A DNA stretch of 59,032 nt, filler included, from Dirinaria sp. TL-2023a (GCA_051941275.1; 7 parts of 7 records of this genome joined end to end with filler, not necessarily neighbours in it), one strand, 5' to 3'. Counted from the first letter of the whole stretch, positions 1-12,080 are shown. Numbers and translations are program-made. Notes: a model not told the origin generated them from the sequence alone.

Positions 1-280
1 TACGATAATTACTGCAATCTGTTCCATTATATCCTGAATTCGGAGGGGCCCGTGGATCTGGAAGTGCCTTCTGTATGTTATACGATCCGGAATCTTTCCC
101 CTTGGATCTCCAACCCCTTGAGTCAAACCTACCCTTTTCCCACCTTTTTTTTTTTTTTTTTTTTTTTTTCAACCTGTTTCTATTACTGCGGGCGCTATGT
201 TATATCTATTTAGTACCTAGGCAAGACCACCGCATCATCTCCCACCATCCTTCTTGAGTGATCGACTTTGTCAGGGATGA

Positions 281-2791
281 TTAAGAAGCAGGTTTCACTC
301 TCGCCTTCAAGCTATCGTACACGGAACGGAATTGACGATGGCCGCTGACGAGAGGGAAGAAACCGGCCACGAGCAGCGTGCCCCAGATCCAGATGATGGC
401 GACCACGAGCCACGCTTGGAAGAAGCTCTTGCTGAAGATGTACTTAGACGCGTACATGGGCAATGGCCAGAGCACCCAGTGGCCCAAGAACGTCACGATG
501 CTCCAATACGCGGCGATGCGGGCCCAGCGCTGCAGATGGGGTTGCGAACCCGGTTGACCCGTGGCGACTGCGTGGAGCTCTTCCTTGATGACGGGATCGA
601 TAACGTCGTCGTCGTTGTCGCCTTCGGGCGGACCGAAGGCGAGTTTCTCTTTCCAGAAATCCGCCCAGTCGAAGTTTTGCGGCTGGAAGAAGGAGAGGAC
701 GAACGAGTAAAGAATGGGGCTGAATGCCGAAGCGACCGTGCCGTAGACACAGGGAAGGATCTCGCCACTCGTGGCAACAGTTACGCTCCCGTACATGGCG
801 TTTGCGGTTCCCAACCACACTGCGAGCCCCGTGGCCATGCCGAGGAGGGGCGATGCGATGGCAGCGACAGTACTTTGACGACGCCACAGGATCGTGAAGG
901 ATGTTGGGAAGATCCCGGGGCATGTGAGAACTCCTATAATAATCCATTAGCTCCGCTTAGAGGTGTTCTGTGCTTGGGATGGCTTAGAGACGCGAAAGCC
1001 TACCGAGCATGTACAGCGTCCATCCTAGGTCCACACCACCGTAGTGGAGTGCCGTGCTGAAAGCGGCGGAGAAAACGCCGAACAAAACCACCCCGTAGTG
1101 GCTCCATCGGATGACGTCGCCATCAGTTGCGCGCTTGTTGATGTACGTCCTATATATGTCGAAGCTGATGATGGAGCTGACGGCGATTACTTGAGCCGAT
1201 AGAGTGGATGTGACGGCCATAAACGTGATTATTAGTATCCCAGCGGCCCCACCTTTACCGGCGATTGCTATAGCGGCGTACGGAAGCACCAAGCCATTGC
1301 TAATCTCTACACTAGTCAAACGCTTTGAGAAGTTAACTCAGTTCAGGGTTGGCTCGTTGGATTAGGCAACGTACTCGCGGGTATGTTGGAAAACGCGGTT
1401 GCCCTTCAAGGCCGAGGGCAACGAAGCTCATCAGAGTTCCGAGACACCAAGGAACAGCGAAGTAAGCAATGCCTCCTATCACATACCCAGGAACCACAGC
1501 AGATGGAGATGCCGAAAACGCTTTGACGAAAAAGCTCGTGTCCATCTACGACGGTATCCATCAGTCTGGAGAATAAGTGGAGGATCAAATACCCACAATG
1601 ACAAGTCCAAAATTAGCCAGGATGTGCAGGATACCAAAGTAAATACCCTGGAAAAACTTTCAGCTCGCTCTCAAATGCAGAAGATCTTGGATGTACGTGC
1701 TTACTCCTGGGGAGGTCATGGTAAGGTAACTACCATCGTGGTTGCCACTGACTGGATGAGCTTTTGAGGCGGACAAGACCAGGTCATATAAGTGCCCTAT
1801 GGAGCTTATTTCCGGTATAGTGAATGCTTTGATTGTGAAGAAGCAGCATATGATGAGGATAGTAAATGTGTGGAAGTAATCGGTGAGAAAGCTGAAAGAA
1901 TCAGCAACGGCTATCGAAGAGAGCGCGCACACTTACGTCGCCTTTATGCCACCAACGAAGGTATACAAGACCACACCAACAGGTAGAAGGAACGTTGCCG
2001 CGATAATATGGATGCCTGTTCTTTATCATTGTCAAAAGGGAGACAAAAATAAACCAATCCTGACCTACAGAGCTGTTATCGCTGCTGATGCTCCAAGAAG
2101 CATATTTGCGACAGCGATGATGTTGTTGATTAAGCAAAGGCCCATGTAGACGAGGTGTGCCGTGGTTCCTATTCTTGTTATTCTCTAAAATTGCATATCT
2201 TGTGAAGGCTCTAACCATATCGAATGCGCACGATCTCGAGCAATGTGTGTGCTTCTGGGATCTTCCGCTTGCAAGATATGCCGAGGAGGGCAAAGAAGAC
2301 AATCATAGGACTACATCCAGCCGCAAACCAGAAAGGTCCAGCCAGTCCATAATTATATCCTACGAGCGTGGAGCCAAGCATCGCCGTACTCCAGAGCCAA
2401 GACTATCACCAGATAGATCAGTCAGGAAGATTAGGCATCGCGGATCCTCAACATACTGAGATTACCGCAGAGGCGGTCAATCCTACGCGTACGTTCCGAT
2501 TTGCTGTCATAAACCTTTTCAAAATCTTTAGTGAGGCGCATGAAGAGAATCTAGGAGGACACACATCTCCGTTTTAGTGTTGTCTTCTCCAGCTGTCTTC
2601 TTCAACAGTCGAGTTACAAAAATCATGACTACGCAGCGTATCAACAGCTTCTTTCCTCATTACACAAAAGGCGTGAACGAACCAAAGGCAATGATGAGGC
2701 CAATCAGAACTACCACGACGTATCCGACGGCCTGCGAAAGAGCAGGCCGAACTGTCTGCGCCTCCGAGGACGCTCGACCCAGTAACGACAT
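281..2791 (-). CDS. DUR3: Urea/solute:sodium symporter (SSS family), DUR3-like; multi-exon
   Basis: ATG at 2791 gives MSLLGRASSEAQTVRPALSQAVGYVVVVLIGLIIAF. Later exons read GPFWFAAGCSPMIVFFALLGISCKRKIPEAHTLLEIVRIRYG, TDYFHT, SAQVIAVSSIISFDIYRTYIN and LWPLPMYASKYIFSKSFF, all typical of fungal Dur3-type symporters. Stop at 281. The actual substrate is not established. Confidence 0.88.
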
Positions 2792-3450
2792 GACGATCTC
2801 GGTATGCAGTGATGGAAGGTAAGAATGCTTGGGCGTTCACGTTTCGTAGTTGGCAGGTTTGTCTTGAGCGCAAAGTCAATGATACATGAAAGAGACAAGC
2901 AGACAGTTATACAAAATCCGTATTGCTAAACTCTTTAGACGCTAGGATGATACCAGGGTCGCTGATTTGGTGCTATATGGTGTGATCCTCAGAACTGATC
3001 TAGAGGTCGAATCTAGATCTAGAGTCCGCTACCCAAGAGTCGGGAATGGGGCTGAAAGCAGGGGTACCGAAGCGGTACCAGTGTTATGTTCGTGACTCTT
3101 CTTCGTAGCGACGCCAGGCTCTTTCAACCATGAAGCTTGACATTTATGGTGTGGGGGTCTTCTCTATCGAGGATCACCAGTGCTATCGTAGAATTCGTGA
3201 GCTGCATGGCCAGACCATGTGGAAGCTGTTGGAGGAAACAGATCTAAGAACTGGGCCTTTGATAGCTTCACAGTAGTCGCAGTGACTAGCTTCTGCAAAG
3301 TGAAACGTCGGAGACATTACGACCAGCCAATTGGATAGTGTATTCCGCAGCACGTTATAAGCGTTATCATAGATCGAATCTAATAAGATTATTATTCCCC
3401 TAGAGGCTTCCCCTAGAGGCAAGAGCTATCGATTAAGGTGCATATTGTAT

Positions 3451-3660
3451 ATTGTGCAATTATGGTGTGATAGCCTCTCGTATCGCGTCATTGTTCAGCA
3501 TTGCGTCAATCGAACTAGTGATGGGCAGCCCAGAGTTTTTTCTCAATGCCTCTAGCGCTATTGTCAGATGATAACCGATCGCGGAAGAAAAACCCCACCA
3601 GATCTGAGACGTGCATTATCAGCGGGGTCCTCAATTTGCGGAGCAACTCTTATGACGCAG
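3451..3660. promoter_or_regulatory. Cluster of bZIP CYS-3/MetR-like sites in the DUR3-like / monooxygenase divergent promoter
   Basis: ATGGTGTGAT (3462), ATCGCGTCAT (3482), ATTGCGTCAAT (3500) and ATGACGCAG (3652) resemble the ATGRYRYCAT consensus with mismatches. Confidence 0.4.
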
Positions 3661-3814
3661 GTTCGAATTGTTTCGCGTCTTGCAAGGTCTGTGTACTTCT
3701 TACCTTCTAGTAGAAGACTATATGGTTATAGGCTTATAATTCTTGCCTGTTTCTGCGTTGTTCAAAATCACAGGACGACTTTGCAGAAGATATCATTGAT
3801 TCCCAGCTACCAAC

Positions 3815-5737
3815 ATGGCGAGCGCTGATGGAGCTGCAAATGGCAAAACGCGCAAGAAGAGTCTGATCATCAATGCATTCGTCGAGATGTGTAGGTTGAT
3901 TGACCATTCCAAAATTCAATTGCATCAAGTCTGGCAAACAGACTGACCAATCTTCAGGTAGCGGGCATCAATCGCCCGGACTCTGGCGCCACCCTGATGA
4001 TCAGTCTGCTCGGTTCAACGATGTTGACCATTGGATCAGCCTGGCAAAGTTATTGGAGCGAGAGAAATTTCACGGCATATTCATAGCTGACGTGCTTGGT
4101 CAGTTGAGAATTGAAAAAGTTAAATGTTTGCGACGGCGTCGATCGCATTCAAGCTCCTAAGCTCATCTGACTTACCGAACGCAGGAGGGTATGATGTCTT
4201 TGAAGGTCCTCGAAACTTGGATCCCGCGATCCGGTCGGGTGCCCAGTGGCCAGTGAATGAGCCACTTGCTGTCGTTCCAGCCATGGCATCAGTGACGAAG
4301 AATCTCGGCTTTGGCGTGACGGTAGCCACGACGTATGAGCAGCCATATCATTTAGCACGCAGGCTCTCTACAGTCGACCATTTGACAAAAGGAAGGTACG
4401 TGCAGCAGTGTCCAACGCGAAGTGTCAAGGGAAATGCCAAAATCAGGATGCTGAGGAAGCCTCACTCGTTTACAGATTAGGATGGAACGTAAGTTCAAAC
4501 AGCAGAATTGTGTAAACTTGAGCTTACTATAGTGGTACTCTGTAGATCGTCACTGGTTACTTAGATTCTGCGGCCCGGAATCTAGGGCACACGGAGCAGC
4601 CAGAGGTACGTCTAATGATCTTTGTTTTTTTTTTTTTTTTTTTTTTGCCTTCTGTAATTCCGATCATTGTATGGAAGTTGGGACGACAGCTAATTTTCCT
4701 GTTTTGCTAGCACGACGAGCGGTATACCATCGCCGAAGAATATCTCGAAGTCATATACAAGCTACTCGAGTCATCCTGGAGAGATGATGCAGTCGTGCTG
4801 GATCAAAAGAGAGCCATGTTCTCCGACCCCACTCGGATTCGGGAAATCAATCACGTTGGAAAATATTACAACGTCCCTGGACCGCATATATGTCAGCCCA
4901 GCCGTCAGCGGACTCCAATACTGATGCAAGCTGGAACTTCAAAAGCGGGAAAAGCTTTTGCTGCTAAGCATGCGGAAGCCATTTTCGTTGCTGGTCATAG
5001 TCCATCGGTAATCGCGAAGAACGTTGCCGAAGTGCGAGCCTCAGCAAAGGAACTCGGAAGAGATCCTCAAAATGTCAAGTTCTTAGCCTTGATTTGCCCA
5101 GTTCTAGGAAGAACACAGGAAGAAGCTCAAAAAAAGTACGAGGAATATCGGTCATTTGGCTCAATCGAGGGCGCACTGGCTCTATTCGGCGGCTGGACAG
5201 GGATTGATTTGGCGAAGTACGGCGACGATGAAGAACTCCGTCACGTTCAGAGCAACGCGATTCGGTATGGTTTCCGCCTCGCGCAACGCAGCGAGACTAC
5301 ATCTGACTGTGCCTAGATCTGCGGTCGAGGCTTGGTCGAAGTCGACGCCCGGGGTGGCTAAATGGACGAAGCTCACCGTCGCTCAGCATATTACGGTGGG
5401 CGGTCTAGGTGCCACTGTTGTGGGTACAGCGGCTCACGTTGCCGACGAATTTGAGAGATGGGTTGAGGAGGCAGACGTGGATGGCTTCAATATTGTGGGT
5501 CCCCTTCGAAAGCTCGCCATTACCCTCTCTGACCTAGAATAGGCCTACGCCCTCAACCCTGGCTCTTTTGAAGACGTCGCTGAGCTTCTTTTACCCGAAT
5601 TGAGGGCGCGAGGCCTTTTCTGGGATGATTATGCGGTGCAGGGAGGGACTTACAGGGAAAACATCTACAAGCGCGAGGGACAAAGTGGCCTTCTCCCTGA
5701 CCATCCCGCGTCCGGATACCGTTGGAAAGCGGAATGA
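3815..5737 (+). CDS. Luciferase-like flavin-dependent monooxygenase, NtaA/SnaA/DszA family ('xenobiotic compound monooxygenase'); multi-exon
   Basis: Spliced reading: MASADG...INAFVEMC / SGHQSPGLWRHP...FHGIFIADVLG / GYD...TTYEQPYHLARRLSTVDHLTKGR / LGWN / IVTGYLDSAARNLG / HDERY...QRTPILMQAGTSKAGKAFAAKHAEAIF...VDGFNI / AYALNPGSFED...RWKAE*. Introns are GT-AG. Confidence 0.92.
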
Positions 5738-6400
5738 AGGATCTACCGACACCAGGCGTCACCGTCGATAGTCATAAAAAGTGTATAGTACGAGCGTAGG
5801 CAAAAGTATGCGGTAGGTGTCCGGGATTCGAGGTTGAGTAGTGGTTGATCCAGGTCAGCTCATAAAGTGTTGCCGCGCAAGGCGCTTGCGACTAGTCTCG
5901 ATTAGGGCATCATCGCCTTACCCGAGACGGCTTAGACTGGAACAACGACAAGAGCTTGAGCCTACCTAGCTGTTTATAGTTTAGCTTAGTCGCGTATGCA
6001 ATTCCCTCAGATGTTTCGCGGATTGCACCATCATCACCACATCTCAGCCTGTAACTCAGCCCGCGAGGAAGGGAAGCCTTCTCTCATTAGCCTGCCATTA
6101 TCTAACATCAAGCCGCTCATCCTATAGGAAGCATTTACTATGATCGTTGAATTTTACGTTATCAAGCATGAAACTAGGCCACATCAATCTCGACAGAGTG
6201 AGGTTATCATGCCTCATCCGCCAACGGATGACGTGCTGAAAGTGATACCATTGGTTGGTTGTTCAGAAATTGGAAGCTCTATCATGTTGTTGGGCTGTCT
6301 CATGCATAGAACGCAGGGATGAGCTCCAGAAGCTCGTCATCAGACGGCAGGCGAGAATACTGTACTTACCTTACAGTTTGAAACTTTATCTACTACGGCG

Positions 6401-6411
6401 ATTGCGCCATC
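6401..6411 (+). promoter_or_regulatory. CYS-3/MetR-like site upstream of the MDR gene
   Basis: ATTGCGCCATC, with a second copy ATTGCACCATC at 6022-6032. Confidence 0.4.
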
Positions 6412-6711
6412 AGTGGATTAATATTGCAGCCCCGATCTGCAAGCAGCAAACTCACCTCCGAAAACGCTGCTGCGGTGTCGCACGTGTCAGAACCGAGTGA
6501 TAGGCCTCGACTTTGACGCTGTACCTTGCCGATATACTACGCGCGCGTTGTTGCTGTGGCTCCGACGTCTCGTCTGTCTGCCTCAGCTCGCTGATCTTCA
6601 AGTATGCTCGCTGCTGCCCGTACATCGTGCTAGCTTGTCTTCTCCGTGCTGTACAGTTTGTGGCTGCTTTCTTGCTCGTTCCGCAGAATCTGCAGAGGCG
6701 ACTCTCGTATA

Positions 6712-7933
6712 ATGTCTTTCAGCACTTACTTCATCCTCATTATCGCTATTCTTGTTTTTGCGCTCTATCATAGACTGCAAGCTCGTAAGGCCTTTACGAA
6801 AGCAGAGCCATTGCCCGATCTGTCCGCACCTCTCAAGCCTGCAAGAGCTTTTGTCCTCTTCTCTAAAAGCGGCCCATATACCCTTGTCCACGATTGGCCG
6901 CGCCCCCGCATATCGTCGAAAGAGCTGTTGATCAGAAATAGAGCCATTGGACTGAATCCCATTGATTGGAAATGCGTTGCCTACGGCTTCGGTGTGCACT
7001 CGGTCCCTTGGATCAGCGGGCGAGAGGCTGCGGGTGTAGTGGAAGAAATTGGCTCAGAGGTTCTGGGTTTCCAGAAAGGGGACAGGGTTTGGGTCGCCAG
7101 TACGAATTACCGAGATAACAGAACTTCTACGTTCCAGGAAGTGGGTGCAATGCTAAGACTTCGTGCTCTTTATGAACGAAGTCCTCACTGATGACTTTTT
7201 CCCCTGGCAGTACATAGCCGCTGCACCTTTTAATGTCGGGCGACTGCCAGATTGGGTGTCTTTCGAGGAAGGCGGGACAATAGGAGTTGGTTGCGTCGCT
7301 GCTGCTGCGGCCCTTTATGATGGTCTAGCGATTCCTTGGCCTCCAAAGACTCCACAGAATGTTAAGGATGGGAGCTTGACATCACTGACAGACCATCGCC
7401 CATGGATAATCGTGTGGGGTGCCTCTTGCGTTACAGGCATGATGGCTATTCAGTTAGCAAAACAGAGCGGGCTTCGCATTCTGGCAGTCGCAGGGCTTCA
7501 GAATGCTTCCGAGCTCCACAGCTTGGGTGCCGATAAAGTTCTTGACCGATATAAACCAAAAGAAGCCATTGTTGAAGCAAGGAACTTTCCTGTCAGCCTT
7601 GGAATTGATTGTGTTGGGCAGGAGACAGCGACGTATGTAGCTCAAGCTCTACAGCCGGGTGGCCGGCTAGCATACCTCGTGAAGAAACCAGATTCAGCTG
7701 TGGCAAACGAAAGGAAAGTAAGTGCGACAGACATCCTCATCAAGAAATTTCATGAAGACGAGAATTACGGGCGGGCCTTGGTAGATTTCATCTCAGACGC
7801 TCTGTCCTCTCGGACGCTACGACCGGTAAGACATGAGGTCGCAAAGGGAGAATTGAACGGGTTTGGGGAAGCGCTCGATCAATTGAAGAATCAGGAAGTT
7901 TCGGGAAGGAAGTTGGTCGTCAGATTTGAATAG
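6712..7933 (+). CDS. MDR-superfamily enoyl-reductase-like oxidoreductase (zinc-binding ADH fold) with an N-terminal hydrophobic segment; one intron (7141-7210)
   Basis: Motifs AIGLNPIDWK, GREAAGVVEEIG, STFQEY, IVWGASCVTGMMAIQLA, DCVG and VSGRKLVV. The N-terminus is MSFSTYFILIIAILVFALY. Confidence 0.88.
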
Positions 7934-8357
7934 TACTGGATCCCCACAATCGACATGATAGAGAATAAAGCCAGCTCTAAGAGGCGCAAGCCAGCCCTAG
8001 AAGGTCTCGCTTATTTGGGTGCGTGCAGAAACATGCAAGGCGCATGACACGTATGAGCGCTCTGTGTTATGAAGGGGCTTTCGTCTCTTCTCTACCAAAG
8101 GATGCAGACATCTGAAGATCTTGCCACCTCATTTCATTATATGTTCAGCTGGTCGCTATAGCGCTACGTTAATTCATAAGGTATTTAGCACTTCCAAGTT
8201 CCAATGGCCCAGACAGAAAATTCCATCAAACTACCTCCGAATATAACCCTTAAATTCAATAAATCAATCTCAGAAGCCTTCGCCAAAATCCCAATCCCCA
8301 TCGTCTAGGTAAGTAGAGCTGACAACGCAATCCCACCCCCCTCCCCTCTTTTCATTC

Positions 8358-8457
8358 NNNNNNNNNNNNNNNNNNNNNNNNNNNNNNNNNNNNNNNNNNN
8401 NTTAATTAATTAANNNNNNNNNNNNNNNNNNNNNNNNNNNNNNNNNNNNNNNNNNNN
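8358..8457. other. Artificial contig-joining linker N44-TTAATTAATTAA-N44
   Basis: Exactly 100 bp, with a 12-mer that puts stop codons in all six frames. It recurs identically six times. Confidence 0.98.
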
Positions 8458-9085
8458 GATACTTGGTTTCTAAGGTAGCCACCTGGGTGGGGTGTTTCAC
8501 AGTAATATCAAGATAACCCATCCACCAGGTTGAGAGACTGCTATCCTTTCAACATCCTCCCAAAGGTCGAGTGCGTCATTGTCACTTCTCTCATTCCAGC
8601 CATAGTATTCAAGAGATCCACCGCAGTTCGTATTGTCCTCGTAACAAGTAGTAAACAACTTAGACATGAGCCTTTAGAAAAATGTTCAAGTCAATCCATG
8701 ACTGGTTCGATGGTACCGTATATCCTTATGTTGAATGTAGATAGAAAGTCAAGATACACTCACCACTATAACGAAATTATATCGCTGTGCCATGGCTGAT
8801 CAACAATCAGTCTTTATGTAGAACATATCTACCGAGACAATATTTCTGTAGAGTGATATCCATGTCGCAAACTTGAAGATCGACAATGTAAAATCCCCTG
8901 AAGCCCATTCTCGGGAATCAACAGAGCGTTCATCTGCCGGCATTGATGTCATTGCAAAACTCTCCGCACCGAGACCCTCACACACCCCCAAGTCACCCAG
9001 ACAAAAAAATGACGAGCCATTCAAAGATCCGTAAATACTCCAAGGCCAATCTTCACCACCGCAATCGATCCAGGTTGAGGAAACA

Positions 9086-10109
9086 ATGGCCGCATCCTCG
9101 GCCCCAAAACGGATCGCGTTCACCGGTGGCTCTGGCAAAGGTGTGTGTGTGTGTGCTGTCCACACCCAACTCCCACATTTTCTAGAGGATGATATCGAGA
9201 TCGCTAATAATCATAAAATATCCAAATCCCGTAGCTGGACGGCACTGCATCCCCTACCTCCTATCCCAGGGCCACCAGGTGCTGAACATCGATCTCCAAC
9301 CTCTCGACCACCCGCACGTGCACACTTTAAAAGCCGACCTCACCGACTCCGGCCAAACCTTCAACGCTCTAACCTCGCATTTCCACCTTCGCAATTACGA
9401 GAATCCGCGCAGGGCGGACGGCACGGGGGTGCAGGCTCCAGACGCGGTGATCCACTTTGCCGCGTACGCGCGCAACATGCTGGTGCCCGATAGCGAGTGT
9501 TTCAGGGGCAATGTGCTGAGCACGTACAACGTGATCGAAGCGGCGTGCAAGCTCGGGATCAAGAAGGTCGTGATTGCGAGCTCTGAAACCACGTACGGCG
9601 TGTGTTTCGCCCAGGGAGATACCGACTACCACCATTTCCCGCTGGAAGAGGAGTATGATAATGATCCTGAAGATACGTATGCTACGTCGAAACTGTGCGG
9701 GGAGCGGTGTGCGAGGAGCTTTGCACGAAGGTTTCCGGGGACTGATATCTATGCTTTGAGGATTGGGAATGTGATCGAGCCGCACGAGTATGAGAGGGAT
9801 TTCCCCGAGTATGTAAACAAACCCGAGACCCGGAAACGGAATGCGTGGAGCTACATCGATGCACGGGATCTGGGCCAGATCTGTGATCTCTGCGTGCGTA
9901 AAGATGGGTTGGGATTTCAGGTCTTCAATGCCACGAATACCACAATCACGACTAAGATTCCAACCGTCCCTTTTTTGAAGGAGATGTGTCCAAATACTCC
10001 GCATTGGCGGGAGATGGACGAGTGGGAAGCGCCGTTGAGTAATAGGAAAATTAGAGAAGTGTTGGGTTTCAAAGAGAACCATAATTGGAGGGACGAAGTC
10101 AAGATCTGA
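9086..10109 (+). CDS. NAD-dependent epimerase/dehydratase (extended SDR); intron 9141-9234
   Basis: Splicing gives the nucleotide-binding motif IAFTGGSGKAG. Also VIHFAA, IASSETTYG, catalytic YATSK and NAWSYIDARDLG. Confidence 0.9.
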
Positions 10110-10449
10110 TCTGACTGTAAGTATATTGAATTCTCGTACTGGAGAGTATGAAGCAATCGAATGCGTTGAAAGATTGCATCCGAAGCTTGAGCAAGAAACG
10201 CTCTAGATATTTGTCCGTTACCTAAATGCTCGTTTGTGGTATTACATCTCGTACCTGCCCTCTTGTAAAGCCCCTGGCAAACTTCTCACATAGACTATCA
10301 TACAATGATACAAGCTGAAGCCTTTCAGTAACCTCTTGTGAGCCGAATATGCGAAGTAAAGACTGCTTCCAGTAAGCAACCCAGCTAACACCATTTCACC
10401 CACCAGGTGCCGACCTCAATGGCCTAGTACAAATTCTTGCTGTCACAAC

Positions 10450-11130
10450 CTATTGGTAGGCCTTTGGCTTCCCGAGCCAACCTCTACCATCGGTCCTAAT
10501 TGCCTCGAGGCCCTCCTCTAGAAAACGTGCCTCGGTAGTCTCTACATCTCCATGACGGACAAGGAAGATATCGTGCTTGGGCCTCTCCCCTTTTTCGCCC
10601 GCCATCACATAGTCGAGGATTTCGTCCTCCTCAGCGTCTGTCGAGAACCAGCCACAACATCCCCCCTCACACGCTCGCGTGCCGCCGAACACTGGCGCAG
10701 TGGTTGGTCCGCAGTCGCGCTCGTAGCCCTGGAACAGGGCATAATTGGGGAATTCGTACAGGGCGTTGTAGCCTTTCAGCAGCGTCGAACTGGGGAGTTT
10801 GTACGTCTCGCCTTTAGGGTGAGTGAACACGACGGTGCGAGTGAAGCCCTTGCGAGCGAGGCGCACGAACTGCGGTGCCTTGTCCGGGTCGGCGGGAAGG
10901 TAGAGGATGTGGATGCTCGGCATTACAACCTTGGGAGTAGCGTTTTTCTTGGTGATGCGGTCGGTGACTTTGTGGACGGTCGAGGATACTTTGGAGGATA
11001 CTGTGGTGTAGAGCTTGGATTCACGGAATGGTTTGTGTTGGGAACAGGGCTGGTGGTCTTTGGCTCGCTGAGCGTATTTCTCACGTTGCTGTTGGTGAAT
11101 TGCGAGCCAGAAAAAGGCTTGGGCTTCCAT
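10450..11130 (-). CDS. Hypothetical protein (~226 aa, intronless)
   Basis: Uninterrupted ORF from ATG 11130 (MEAQAFFW...) with GC3-rich, coding-like codon use. No family recognised. Confidence 0.65.
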   Translation of the reverse strand: MEAQAFFWLAIHQQQREKYAQRAKDHQPCSQHKPFRESKLYTTVSSKVSSTVHKVTDRITKKNATPKVVMPSIHILYLPADPDKAPQFVRLARKGFTRTVVFTHPKGETYKLPSSTLLKGYNALYEFPNYALFQGYERDCGPTTAPVFGGTRACEGGCCGWFSTDAEEDEILDYVMAGEKGERPKHDIFLVRHGDVETTEARFLEEGLEAIRTDGRGWLGKPKAYQ

Positions 11131-12080
11131 GTTATGTGACACCAGAGTCAATGTGTTGGGTCACAATGGCAACGTCCGTTGCCGGAGTGAATGAGTTGGG
11201 GAAGACAGTACGCTTGTTGGCGGGAGAGACGAAAAGCATCACCAGCTTTTGTTTTTTGGGTCAAAGAGATACGCTCAAGTCCATGACGAGGGTCTGTATT
11301 ACCTGGATGGGCAGCGACGATCCAATGGAAGGTAGGAATAGACGGGAGGTAAGGAAATGAGGCAGGGTGGTAGAGGTACAGTAGATGCAAGTATTTCCGT
11401 CCGAAGGGTTTGCAGGCATTTTCACTCAGGAGGCATAAGGTAAGGTAAGATAACATGTAGCTGCTGGTCGGACTCATGTGTCCGAAGACCGAGCAGTAAC
11501 TTGACTGTTCCCCTTTCTGCCTTTACTTAAGGTACTTTACCTTAATGCAATTTCCTTTCATAAGCATAAGGCAAGGTAAGGTCCGCTAAATCAACTACAT
11601 CGAGCCCTCGATGCTCCCTGTCCGGTGGACCCGCGGACCCACAAGCCAGCGAGTTTGGCCGATTCTCCGAACAAAGCTGGAAAGAGCGACGCTTTCATTC
11701 AAAGATCTTGGTTGGCCCGTGGCTACACTTGCACCAGACTGGATCCTCGTCCAATCTCCTTCACGACGGGACCTCGTGCTTCCAGGCGAACGGACACCGT
11801 TCTAAAAGGTGGGCATTCACGAATATCGCGTAATAAAGCTCGACTGGACGACGATTGGTAAGTTATGGCCCGGTGGAGTGTTCGGTCGAGTCTTGGACTT
11901 ATAGCAATTGTCCCAATCGCATTTCTGTCAACAAGGGGAAAAAAGATGATTCTCTGGCTCTTGGCACAAATGTAGCAGTGTGTCCACTGCGTAGCCTGGA
12001 TACTGAGTAGTGATATTCGGAATACTTGAGGTCTAATATGGTAAATCTATACAGAGAAGAAGACGAAAAGTTCTGCTCGC

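Noticed and set aside
332..1060. 242-aa + strand ORF
   Set aside because: It is the antisense shadow of the GC3-rich last exons of the DUR3-like gene.
5815..5890. CCGGGATTCGA resembling a reverse tRNA T-arm (also GGTTCGAAT near 3660)
   Set aside because: The 5815 site lacks a proper GTTCRA loop, the 3660 site lacks a paired T-stem, and I could not build a cloverleaf at either.
8402..8413. Regularly spaced TTAATTAATTAA palindromes as a biological repeat or CRISPR-like array
   Set aside because: They are always embedded in exactly 44+44 Ns, so they are a synthetic six-frame-stop linker.
9141..9155. (GT)n microsatellite at the epimerase intron donor as a splicing switch
   Set aside because: The first GT gives the expected GGSGKAG motif, and nothing in the sequence supports alternative use.
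9369..10082. 237-aa - strand ORF
   Set aside because: It is antisense to the epimerase and has no independent motifs.
10552..11139. 195-aa + strand ORF
   Set aside because: It is the antisense mirror of the 10450-11130 gene.
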